DNA of 64,000 nucleotides from Escherichia coli 042 (GTDB lineage Bacteria; Pseudomonadota; Gammaproteobacteria; Enterobacterales; Enterobacteriaceae): NCBI RefSeq assembly GCF_000027125.1, contig NC_017626.1; one strand, 5' to 3'. Shown piece by piece: positions 22,557 to 31,196 of this stretch (position 1 is its first letter; each line of letters starts with the position of its first letter). The notes under the pieces were generated by a model. It saw only the letters and a program-made list of their open reading frames with translations, ran no database searches and was not told where the DNA came from. The position numbers and the translations under genes were made by a program.

Positions 22557-23841
22557 AAGATTACGAAAGCCCGCTCCCAGCAAGGACTGACGCCAGATAG
22601 TTTCTGTCCATGGCTGCTTTTCGCATCTTACGTCTTAACCCTGCCTTGAATACCTTATCATTCGTCAAAATATTAATAGCGATGTGCCGTATCCCTGAAA
22701 ATAATTCTGCGGCGTTTCCTCTTCTTATTTTGCAGTCGTCTTCATTCATTACCACGTCCAGACGCCAGTGCAGCTTATTCTCCACGTGCCAGCGGTTTCG
22801 GATTGCTGTGGCGAACTTCTCTGCGGTTAAATCAGCACAACTGATATAATATCTGACCGTCATTTCTGGCTCTTTCTTTTGTTCTGCTATTATTGACCGA
22901 AAGGAGACTGCCACGCATAATTTCTTCAGACCTTTCCATTCAAACGTGAAATCAATAAGTTCATCAGGGACATCGCAAACAATGTGAAGACGGATTTCTT
23001 CTCTGCCGTGACTCTTTTCACTAATTGCGTAACTGTCATGCTCTGGATTATTTAATTCTTTCAGTGGGAATTTTTCCTCAAAGGCTTTATTAAGCCGCCC
23101 CTGATTTCCTTTTACAGCGAATAAATAATCACCGCCCTGTTTTTGTATCTTCTCTGCAATATCTTTCTGGCAACCCATCGCATCAGTTGTGATGATTTTT
23201 CCTTTAATATCCAGCATGTTAAGAAGTTCAGGGATAGCTGTAATCTCATTTGATTTCTCATCCGTCCTGATCTGTCCGATGACCAGACTGTGCATTGTTG
23301 AGAACGCACTAATGACATGAATCGCTCCCTTGCGGCGACTCTTGTCATAAGAATGCCGGAGTGTTTTTCCATCAATTGCGATGACGTCTTTATCATCTGA
23401 AGAATGGCAGTCACGCATCCAGTTAATAAAGCACTCGTGAAATTTTGCAGGACTGATACAGGATACAACTCTGGCAATAGTATCGTGAACAGGAATACCA
23501 TTATCAAAATCACCATATTGCTTCAAAAAATCGAGATGTGTTTCCCCAAAATCCTCTATATCTTCCCAGCCTTCTGCACCCGAAATAACGGCACAAATAG
23601 TCAACAGTAGAATATCCGATAATTTATGTTCCACTTTCCAGGCTTGTCTGTAATCGGGGATAATAGAAATATGTTCCATCAATTTTTTAAGTTCCATTTT
23701 GTTCTCCTTAATTATGTAAGGAGTATTTGATCATGTATAAGCAATAAAAAACAGCTTTAGGTAATGAGGAATATCTCAATTTGTAAACATAAAATGCGAA
23801 TTATTTAGTACAAAAAGTGTACTTCTGATGATCTTTCCCTG
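22557..23841 (-). mobile_element. H-repeat (H-rpt) element, ISAs1-family, copy 1 (apparently intact)
   Basis: ~1.29 kb unit repeated at 24708..26772; carries a 378 aa transposase ORF; boundaries set where the two copies diverge. Confidence 0.8.
22561..23697 (-). CDS. ISAs1-family transposase (H-repeat-associated protein, YhhI/YdcC-like)
   Basis: 378 aa [35 protein letters not shown]..., recognised as the E. coli H-rpt protein. Confidence 0.88.
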   Translation of the reverse strand: MELKKLMEHISIIPDYRQAWKVEHKLSDILLLTICAVISGAEGWEDIEDFGETHLDFLKQYGDFDNGIPVHDTIARVVSCISPAKFHECFINWMRDCHSSDDKDVIAIDGKTLRHSYDKSRRKGAIHVISAFSTMHSLVIGQIRTDEKSNEITAIPELLNMLDIKGKIITTDAMGCQKDIAEKIQKQGGDYLFAVKGNQGRLNKAFEEKFPLKELNNPEHDSYAISEKSHGREEIRLHIVCDVPDELIDFTFEWKGLKKLCVAVSFRSIIAEQKKEPEMTVRYYISCADLTAEKFATAIRNRWHVENKLHWRLDVVMNEDDCKIRRGNAAELFSGIRHIAINILTNDKVFKAGLRRKMRKAAMDRNYLASVLAGSGLS

Positions 23842-24045
23842 GGAGGTGATACTGACCGTCTGCCCGAATTCGTCATAGAGGAAAAACGTCGCGCCGCCCT
23901 CCGGGTCAATTTCACACACCGGAAGCCGGTCTTCACTGAAGCGGATAATGGTGGTATGCCCCAGCGAATCAGTCATCTCCAGCTCATGGCAGAAATCATT
24001 CCATACAAAGTGGTAGTCGTAGTACCCGCCGTCGCCCAACAGCAA
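23842..24045 (-). pseudogene. Rhs-like YD-repeat remnant (tentative)
   Basis: Short ORF with YDY...YDEFGQ motifs resembling Rhs core repeats, directly adjacent to the H-rpt; no start or full domain. Confidence 0.3.
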
Positions 24046-24062
24046 TCAATCATCGAATCAAA

Positions 24063-24524
24063 TTAACTTGACAAGGTTTTTATTTTTTCGTGTTCGAAAA
24101 ATAAATGTAGCATAGCGTCATTAATATTACCGCCTATAATACAAAAATAGTTATCAAAACCACCATAAAGAGCACCATCATCTGAAATAAAATATGTCAT
24201 ATGCTCAGAAAAACCAACACCAACAGGACATAAACGCTTATTGACCAATGGTTCATAGACTTCAGTTATCCATTTAGAGTCTATCCAACCAGCAGCTTTT
24301 ATTGGATCAAAATCGGATTTATCATACTCATTAGGATCTGAATAAGATTCATGCCGTACTATCAACCCTCCAAACTCTGATAAAAAATCACAAATAATTT
24401 CATTAACAAAATATTTCTTAATGGATAAACACTTTATATATTTATCTATGTTTTCTTTTCTGCCATAGTGCCATCCATTTTGCAACAGGACACTCATCAC
24501 TTGTTTATTCGTTATATGATTCAT
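24063..24524 (-). CDS. hypothetical protein, candidate immunity protein for the adjacent deaminase-like toxin fragment
   Basis: 153 aa ORF starting 3 bp after the toxin-fragment stop, the usual toxin-immunity arrangement. Confidence 0.5.
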   Translation of the reverse strand: MNHITNKQVMSVLLQNGWHYGRKENIDKYIKCLSIKKYFVNEIICDFLSEFGGLIVRHESYSDPNEYDKSDFDPIKAAGWIDSKWITEVYEPLVNKRLCPVGVGFSEHMTYFISDDGALYGGFDNYFCIIGGNINDAMLHLFFEHEKIKTLSS

Positions 24525-24526
24525 AA

Positions 24527-24707
24527 TTACCCCGTTAATACATCAATTCCTAAATATTTGAAAATTTCCTGACAGTTTCTACAGTTCGGAAAAGCACTTC
24601 CATCACCAGTATGAACTGTAGCCATTTCCAAATCATGCAACGATGAATTATCTTTGAGAGCTTTATTCACCGCATCTATTTCAGCACAATTATTAACAGC
24701 CCAAGGC
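24527..24707 (-). pseudogene. C-terminal fragment of a cytidine-deaminase-fold toxin domain, N-terminus removed by H-rpt insertion
   Basis: Peptide ...AVNNCAEIDAV...(31 aa)...FPNCRNCQEIF carries the C/H-A-E ... P-C-x-x-C zinc-ligand spacing of deaminases; its 5' end is the H-rpt copy 2 terminus. Confidence 0.5.
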
Positions 24708-24711
24708 AAGA

Positions 24712-25176
24712 TTACGAAAGCCCGCACCCCGCAAGGACTGCCGCCAGGTAGTTTCTGTCCATGGCTGCTTTTCGCATCTTACGTCTTAACCCTGCCTTGA
24801 ATACCTTATCATTCGTTAAAATATTAATAGCGATGTGCCGTATCCCTGAAAATAATTCTGCGGCGTTTCCTCTTCTTATTTTGCAGTCGTCTTCATTCAT
24901 TACCACGTCCAGACGCCAGTGCAGCTTATTCTCCACGTGCCAGTGGTTTCGGATTGCTGTGGCGAACTTCTCTGCGGTTAAATCAGCAGAACTGATATAA
25001 TATCTGACCGTCATTTCTGGCTCTTTCTTTTGTTCTGCTATTATTGACCGAAAGGAGACTGCCACGCATAATTTCTTCAGACCTTTCCATTCAAACGTGA
25101 AATCAATAAGTTCATCAGGGACATCGCAAACAATGTGAAGACGGATTTCTTCTCTGCCGTGACTCTTTTCACTCAT
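24712..25176 (-). pseudogene. ISAs1-family transposase, C-terminal fragment
   Basis: 154 aa ORF matching residues ~225-378 of the copy 1 transposase. Confidence 0.8.
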
Positions 25177-25218
25177 TGCGTAACTGTTATGCTCTGGATT
25201 ATTGGTAATGACTCCAAC

Positions 25219-25722
25219 TTATTGATAGTGTTTTATGTTCAGATAATGCCCGATGACTTTGTCATGCAGCTCCACCGATTTTGAGAACGACAGCGACTTC
25301 CGTCCCAGCCGTGCCAGGTGCTGCCTCAGATTCAGGTTATGCCGCTCAATTCGCTGCGTATATCGCTTGCTGATTACGTGCAGCTTTCCCTTCAGGCGGG
25401 ATTCATACAGCGGCCAGCCATCCGTCATCCATATCACCACGTCAAAGGGTGACAGCAGGCTCATAAGACGCCCCAGCGTCGCCATAGTGCGTTCACCGAA
25501 TACGTGCGCAACAACCGTCTTCCGGAGCCTGTCATACGCGTAAAACAGCCAGCGCTGGCGCGATTTAGCCCCGACGTATCCCCACTGTTCGTCCATTTCC
25601 GCGCAGACGATGACGTCACTGCCCGGCTGTATGCGCGAGGTTACCGACTGCGGCCTGAGTTTTTTAAATGGCGGAAAATCGTGTTGAGGCCAACGCCCAT
25701 AATGCGGGCGGTTGCCCGGCAT
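25219..25722 (-). CDS. insB: IS1 transposase InsB
   Basis: 167 aa [29 protein letters not shown]..., canonical IS1 InsB. Confidence 0.9.
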   Translation of the reverse strand: MPGNRPHYGRWPQHDFPPFKKLRPQSVTSRIQPGSDVIVCAEMDEQWGYVGAKSRQRWLFYAYDRLRKTVVAHVFGERTMATLGRLMSLLSPFDVVIWMTDGWPLYESRLKGKLHVISKRYTQRIERHNLNLRQHLARLGRKSLSFSKSVELHDKVIGHYLNIKHYQ

Positions 25723-25916
25723 CCAACGCCATTCATGGCCATATCAATGATTTTCTGGTGCGTACCGGGTTGAGAAGCGGTGTAAGTGAACTGCAGTTGC
25801 CATGTTTTACGGCAGTGAGAGCAGAGATAGCGCTGATGTCCGGCGGTGCTTTTGCCGTTACGCACCACCCCGTCAGTAGCTGAACAGGAGGGACAGCTGA
25901 TAGAAACAGAAGCCAC
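25641..25916 (-). CDS. insA: IS1 protein InsA
   Basis: 91 aa [42 protein letters not shown]..., canonical IS1 InsA, overlapping insB as expected for the InsAB' frameshift arrangement. Confidence 0.9.
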   Translation of the reverse strand: MASVSISCPSCSATDGVVRNGKSTAGHQRYLCSHCRKTWQLQFTYTASQPGTHQKIIDMAMNGVGCRATARIMGVGLNTIFRHLKNSGRSR

Positions 25917-25971
25917 TGGAGCACCTCAAAAACACCATCATACACTAAATCAGTAAGTTGGCAGCATCACC

Positions 25972-26625
25972 TGGATTATTTAATTCTTTCAGTGGGAATT
26001 TTTCCTCGAAGGCTTTATTTAGCCGCCCCTGGTTTCTTTTTACAGCGAATAAATAATCACCGCCCTGTTTTTGTATCTTCTCTGCAATATCTTTCTGGCA
26101 ACCCATCGTATCAGTTGTGATGATTTTTCCTTTAATATCCAGCATGTTAAGAAGTTATGGGATAGCTGTAATCTCATTAGATTTCTCATCCGTCTTGATC
26201 TGTCCGATGACCAGACTGTGCATTGTTGAGAACGCACTAATGACATGAATCGCTCCCCTGCGGCGACTCTTGTCATAATAGTGCCGGAGCGTTTTTCCAT
26301 CAATTGCGATGACGTCTTTATCATCTGAAGTATGGCAATCTCGCATCCAGTTAATAAAGCACTCGTGAAATTTTGCAGGACTGATACAGGATACAACTCT
26401 GGCAATGGTATCGTGGACAGGCATACCATTTTCAAAATCACCATATTGCTTCAAAAAATCGATATGTGTTTCACCAAAATCCTCTATATCTTCCCAACCT
26501 TCTGCACCCGAAATAACGGCACAAATAGTCAACAGTAGAATATCCGATAATTTATGTTCCACTTTCCAGGCTTGTCTGTAATCGGGGGTAATAGAAATAT
26601 GTTCCATCAATTTTTTAAGTTCCAT
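25972..26625 (-). pseudogene. ISAs1-family transposase, N-terminal portion with premature stop
   Basis: ORF 26155..26625 matches the copy 1 N-terminus but ends at ...EITAIP; copy 1 has cctgaa where copy 2 has ccataa (TAA stop); remaining sequence is in shifted overlapping ORFs. Confidence 0.75.
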
Positions 26626-26864
26626 TTTTTTCTCCTTAATTATGTAAGGAGTATTTGATCATGTATAAGCAATAAAAAACAGCTTCAGGTAATGAGGAAT
26701 ATCTCAATTTTTAAACATAAAATGCGAATTATTTAGTACAAAAAAGCAGCGTTACGTGATCTTTCCCTGACAGCAAACTGAATACAGAAACATATTGGTT
26801 GGAAATGCTATTTGACAGCAGATCCCGGTGGGCCTGCCACCATCTCTTCACAAGCTTATGCTTA

Positions 26865-27176
26865 TTACATGCAAAACGTCCCGTTTTGCATCTTTGTGCC
26901 TACGGCACACCATGCTCTTTCCCTGACAATTGCCGCAGCACGCTGACCATTATCGGCACTCAGATGTAGCAGTCCTTTTTTTCCCGGACCATCGGTGCGG
27001 GACATCACAGACGCCAGATATGCCAGCATCAGTGGGCCGGAGGCAGCCCCAACCTCACCGGTACAGGAAGTGAGCATCAGATGAGGGTAATCCGCCACTT
27101 TATGTTCCAGAGAACGCAGGACAGCCAGGACGCGGGCTTTCATGCTTTTGCCCTGAAAGGCATGGTCATTCCGCAT
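26865..27176 (-). CDS. hypothetical protein (103 aa), unknown function
   Basis: ORF between paralog C and the H-rpt copy 2 end; not recognised. Confidence 0.3.
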   Translation of the reverse strand: MRNDHAFQGKSMKARVLAVLRSLEHKVADYPHLMLTSCTGEVGAASGPLMLAYLASVMSRTDGPGKKGLLHLSADNGQRAAAIVRERAWCAVGTKMQNGTFCM

Positions 27177-27268
27177 TGCATTTTTAAAGTTTTTTATCCA
27201 TTATTTATTCTGATTAATAATCAAAATTGAAATCCTGTCTTTGAAATGTAATGGCAGTGCAACAATCA

Positions 27269-28279
27269 CTATTCAGAACAGAAATCACCTTTCTCTGCCT
27301 GAACACAATTAATCAATATATCCCAGTGACCGTTCTCTAAGCGAGCTACACCATAATACCCAGCCAGAACCAGGGTTTTTTCTGTACAACTGATATAACC
27401 AGTGCACATTTTTACCTCGCTGGGTAAATCTGGCTGAACAACATCATCCCCGATTATTTGCCACACACCATAATCAGACGTTGCCCAGACACAATTTTCA
27501 TACCATACCATTTGCCTGAACGGTAAGGTTAACTCCCCCCGATGAATCATCTTCCATTGATCTTTTCGACCTTTAAATACAGTACCGCTTTGCGCACCGA
27601 TATAAACATAGCCATCCTGACCACAACAGATAGATTCAATGAGCATGTTGCTGGGAAAATGAATTTGCCTCCATTCATCACCATCGAAATTCCAGACATC
27701 TCCTTTACCGCCTGCGGCATAGATATCATTTTCAGAGAAGCCATCCACACAACTAAAACCAGCAGCATCCAGGAATAGCATCTGTTCACGGATTGTTTTA
27801 ATTTCATCTTGCGCAGGGAGATGGATACCTTTATTTAGTTTCTCCCAATTATTTCTGTCTATCCTGCGAACAACACTACGTGCGGATCCTACAACATACA
27901 ATCGACCACCAATAGTCCGGGTATTGCTAATGGCAAATTCATATGGGATCGGTTCTTCAAGCCCTTCAAAACCACTACCTATAGCAAAAACCTCATTTTC
28001 CATTGTAACGCCCACGTACTGACTGAATGGAATACTGGTTGTAGCCGAAAATATCTTGTCCATTCCTTCATAACCGCTGTATCCCCATTGCTCTCCTAAT
28101 GGTTCATCAAAAAAAAAGGAAACAAAATTTTTTCTTGCCAGATGTTCTTCCATTACAGGGTCTATATCATCTCGCTTTTCTCGTGTAGTTATATAAATAT
28201 AACCAGTGTCTCTTACTGCAACACCATTAATATAAAACCCTTTGAATATTTCATTGTACTCATCTTGAGTAATAATCAT
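27269..28279 (-). CDS. repeat-containing hypothetical protein, paralog C of a three-member family (beta-propeller-like repeats)
   Basis: 336 aa ORF; N-terminal MIITQDEY motif and repeated hydrophobic-G-x-x-G ... W blocks shared with ORFs 28679..29719 and 29831..30871. Confidence 0.7.
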   Translation of the reverse strand: MIITQDEYNEIFKGFYINGVAVRDTGYIYITTREKRDDIDPVMEEHLARKNFVSFFFDEPLGEQWGYSGYEGMDKIFSATTSIPFSQYVGVTMENEVFAIGSGFEGLEEPIPYEFAISNTRTIGGRLYVVGSARSVVRRIDRNNWEKLNKGIHLPAQDEIKTIREQMLFLDAAGFSCVDGFSENDIYAAGGKGDVWNFDGDEWRQIHFPSNMLIESICCGQDGYVYIGAQSGTVFKGRKDQWKMIHRGELTLPFRQMVWYENCVWATSDYGVWQIIGDDVVQPDLPSEVKMCTGYISCTEKTLVLAGYYGVARLENGHWDILINCVQAEKGDFCSE

Positions 28280-28310
28280 GTTTTTAATCTCACATTATTT
28301 TCATTTGTTT

Positions 28311-28625
28311 TTACTGGAGTAAGAGTATGGACGGGATTGTTTTCCACCCATGCCCTTTCTGGAATCCCGGTGTCGCCGGAACATTCCCTTCACTGGTAGA
28401 GAAATACGAGCGATCTTTCTGTGCCACCATCGACTTACAGATAAATACGGTAGCTGTTCCGTTCTGCAAATCCCGGGCATACGCCGTGTTGGAATAAGGC
28501 ACAACGACCGGGCCTGTGGGCGGAGGAGGAGGGGACCAGCAGGGATCGGGAAATGCGCCAGCAGATTTCCCGTCAGACGCTCTGGAGCAGGCTTCCCGCC
28601 CGTTGATATAAACGTTAGTTTCCAT
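28311..28625 (-). CDS. PAAR-like (DUF4150-like) domain fragment, putative N-terminal part of a T6SS-type effector (tentative)
   Basis: 104 aa ORF METNVYINGREACSRASDGKSAGAFPDPCWSPPPPPTGPVVVPYSNTAYARDL...; the INGR...PDPC...P-Y-x-N pattern matches my recollection of the DUF4150 signature, not a search. Confidence 0.4.
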   Translation of the reverse strand: METNVYINGREACSRASDGKSAGAFPDPCWSPPPPPTGPVVVPYSNTAYARDLQNGTATVFICKSMVAQKDRSYFSTSEGNVPATPGFQKGHGWKTIPSILLLQ

Positions 28626-29240
28626 AATGTGCTATCCGTGTACCCACTTTCCTTTAAATTAACTGCTGGCCCGGGAGGCTATTCAAACGCCATTGAATCA
28701 AAGAGGACATTCCAGGCATTACCATCATAAATAGCAGCTCCTCTGGAGCCACAAACCATCATCACTGTCCCATCGGGGGAAACATCAATTCTTTTACTTA
28801 AAACGGCCACTTCAGGAGGGACGGGTTTATGTTTTGCATGCATGGCGAGCACCAGTTTGTCATCTTCCAGTACCCAGATGCCATAATCACTGGCACACCA
28901 GAGACGTCCATCAAACCATCCCATGTCGAGGAAAGGCATGGTCATTCCACCATGCGTAATTTGTGTCCATTGCTCATTGCGACCCTTCCATATAGCACCG
29001 TCAAAATCAGCAATATAAACAAATCCGTCACCGGCACAGCAAACTGTGTACAGAAGTTTATTTGTCGGAAAAGGGAGTTTTTTCCATTGCTCACCATTAA
29101 AGTGATAAACGGTTCCCGTTCCACCCACTGCATACATATCTGACTCGGAAAAACCAGATAAATCCTGAAATAAGCTTCTGGACATCGACTCAGCCTTCCG
29201 TTCCAGGAATCCATCGGGAACAGGAATAGTTTGTGAAGCA
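28609..29240 (-). repeat. direct repeat unit 1 (~630 bp): 3' half of paralog A plus ~70 bp downstream including the ATG-GAA-ACT-AAC-GTT-TAT start of the PAAR-like ORF
   Basis: Matches 29759..30390; seen as identical protein C-termini in the ORF track and identical downstream DNA; boundaries approximate. Confidence 0.6.
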
Positions 29241-29719
29241 TCCAGCCAAACCTGATGATTAATTCGTTTATATATTCTTAACCCTCCCCCAATTGCATAG
29301 ACACTTGTTCCTACTCTGACTACCTTAATTATAGCTGTTCTCATGTCTGAGGATTTAGAAATAGGAATATCCAGATTATTTTCTCGTCCCTTGTATTCTC
29401 TGGTTTTGTAGCTTATGACTTCACAGTCGATATCAACTATAACTAATTCAGTTTGGGAAGGTGACCATCCAGCCGATATCGTTGGATAGCTCAAATTACC
29501 GAAAGACATCCCAAACACCCTGTTTTCAGGAGGGTTGTCAATAACTATTGATACCAGCTTGTGTTTAGGCATGTAATAGTCGTTGCCATATTCGATATGA
29601 TTTTCATCAATTTTTTCAATTAATAATAAGCCAACGCGGCCATGTTCAAAGCCATATGTACAATCATATACTTCAAAATTTTTAAAGGTTTTATCCCAAC
29701 GTTCTTGACTAATAATCAT
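28679..29719 (-). CDS. repeat-containing hypothetical protein, paralog A (beta-propeller-like repeats)
   Basis: 346 aa ORF; C-terminal ~185 aa identical to paralog B, N-terminal ~160 aa about half identical. Confidence 0.7.
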   Translation of the reverse strand: MIISQERWDKTFKNFEVYDCTYGFEHGRVGLLLIEKIDENHIEYGNDYYMPKHKLVSIVIDNPPENRVFGMSFGNLSYPTISAGWSPSQTELVIVDIDCEVISYKTREYKGRENNLDIPISKSSDMRTAIIKVVRVGTSVYAIGGGLRIYKRINHQVWLDASQTIPVPDGFLERKAESMSRSLFQDLSGFSESDMYAVGGTGTVYHFNGEQWKKLPFPTNKLLYTVCCAGDGFVYIADFDGAIWKGRNEQWTQITHGGMTMPFLDMGWFDGRLWCASDYGIWVLEDDKLVLAMHAKHKPVPPEVAVLSKRIDVSPDGTVMMVCGSRGAAIYDGNAWNVLFDSMAFE

Positions 29720-29758
29720 TTCATTTCCTTAGTTATCACAATTATCATCATAGCTATC

Positions 29759-30390
29759 TATAAACGTTAGTTTCCATAATATGCTATCCGTGTGCCCACT
29801 TTCCTTTAAATTAACTGCTGGCCCGGGAGGCTATTCAAACGCCATTGAATCAAAGAGGACATTCCAGGCATTACCATCATAAATAGCAGCTCCTCTGGAA
29901 CCACAAACCATCATCACGGTCCCATCGGGTGAAACATCAATTCTTTTACTTAAAACGGCCACTTCAGGAGGGACGGGTTTATGTTTTGCATGCATGGCAA
30001 GCACCAGTTTGTCATCTTCCAGCACCCAGATGCCATAATCACTGGCACACCAGAGACGTCCATCAAACCATCCCATGTCGAGGAATGGCATGGTCATTCC
30101 ACCATGCGTAATTTGTGTCCATTGTTCATTGCGACCCTTCCATATAGCACCGTCAAAATCAGCAATATAAACAAATCCGTCACCGGCACAGCAAACTGTG
30201 TACAGAAGTTTATTTGTCGGAAAAGGGAGTTGTTTCCATTGCTCACCATTAAAGTGATAAACCGTTCCCGTTCCGCCCACTGCATACATATCCGATTCGG
30301 AAAAACCAGATAAATCTCGGAATCGACTTCTGGTTATTGCTTCCACCTTCCTATCTAACAATCCATCGGGGACAGGCAGGTATGTAGAAT
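29759..30390 (-). repeat. direct repeat unit 2 (~630 bp): 3' half of paralog B plus downstream stub METNVYR-stop
   Basis: Matches 28609..29240; here the PAAR-like start is cut to a 7-codon stub before paralog A. Confidence 0.6.
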
Positions 30391-30871
30391 GTTCCCGCCA
30401 AATTTGGTGATCAACACGTTTGTATATTCTGAAACCACTACCGATAGCGTAAACACTGTTTTCAATTCGTACTACTTTTATTATAACGGAAAACATATCG
30501 ATAGAACCTGGTATGAGTATATTTATACTTTCTTCTACTCCTTTGTATACATCTTCTTTATAACTCATAACATCACGGTCCTGACTGACCATAACATATT
30601 CGGTCTGAGATGGGGGCCAACCAGAAGATATAGTCATCAGAGATATCCCTGTTGCGCGACGACCATATATGCGATATTTTTTGGAGAGGGTAAACGTAAT
30701 GGAAATTAATCTCTTTTCAGGTGGGTAAAAAGGGTTTTCATATTCGGCATGCTCCTCATCTACCACTTCAATCAATGAAAGACCTACTTTTCCATGCTCG
30801 TAACCATAGGTGCAGTCATATATATAAAAGCCTTTGAGATATTTCTGATACGATTCTATATCTATGATCAT
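29831..30871 (-). CDS. repeat-containing hypothetical protein, paralog B (beta-propeller-like repeats)
   Basis: 346 aa ORF; C-terminal half identical to paralog A. Confidence 0.7.
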   Translation of the reverse strand: MIIDIESYQKYLKGFYIYDCTYGYEHGKVGLSLIEVVDEEHAEYENPFYPPEKRLISITFTLSKKYRIYGRRATGISLMTISSGWPPSQTEYVMVSQDRDVMSYKEDVYKGVEESINILIPGSIDMFSVIIKVVRIENSVYAIGSGFRIYKRVDHQIWREHSTYLPVPDGLLDRKVEAITRSRFRDLSGFSESDMYAVGGTGTVYHFNGEQWKQLPFPTNKLLYTVCCAGDGFVYIADFDGAIWKGRNEQWTQITHGGMTMPFLDMGWFDGRLWCASDYGIWVLEDDKLVLAMHAKHKPVPPEVAVLSKRIDVSPDGTVMMVCGSRGAAIYDGNAWNVLFDSMAFE

Positions 30872-30896
30872 TTATCACCTCAAATATCTTCATCGT

Positions 30897-31196
30897 TTAT
30901 AACACCCCCATCACCTGCATTGATTTTTGCAGAGTTAAATCACCACAGGTATAAGCGTCTTGGTAAGCTTTATCCAGTTGCGCTTTCAAACAAGATTTAT
31001 CACAACCGTACATTAATGCAACCTCATCAATTACCATACATCTGGCATCTTTATAACTCATTTCTTTTCCAAAATGCTTTTCTTCTATTAGAGTGCCTGT
31101 AGCTGAGTGTAATGCACCATGTGAACCAGTACGATTGTCTTTTCCTTCCAGACAAATTGTAGGCGCTTTGCCTTCGGTATATTCCCCCCCCAGCAC
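30897..31196 (-). CDS. hypothetical protein fragment (99 aa), possible orphan toxin-tip remnant upstream of paralog B
   Basis: ORF with non-ATG start; G8 homopolymer (C8 on + strand ~31184-31191) at codons 3-5; stops in all frames further upstream. Confidence 0.3.
   Translation of the reverse strand: MLGGEYTEGKAPTICLEGKDNRTGSHGALHSATGTLIEEKHFGKEMSYKDARCMVIDEVALMYGCDKSCLKAQLDKAYQDAYTCGDLTLQKSMQVMGVL

Larger units (their letters stand above)
25204..25971 (-). mobile_element. IS1 insertion sequence (768 bp) nested in H-rpt copy 2
   Basis: Terminal inverted repeats ggtaatgactccaacttattgatagtg / cagtaagttggcagcatcacc; insA and insB ORFs present; flanked by 9 bp direct repeat tggattatt (coordinates approximate). 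Confidence 0.9.
24708..26772 (-). mobile_element. H-repeat (ISAs1-family) element copy 2, disrupted by IS1 and a nonsense change
   Basis: Near-identical to copy 1 on both sides of the IS1; transposase split into fragments 24712..25176 and 25972..26625. Confidence 0.75.
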
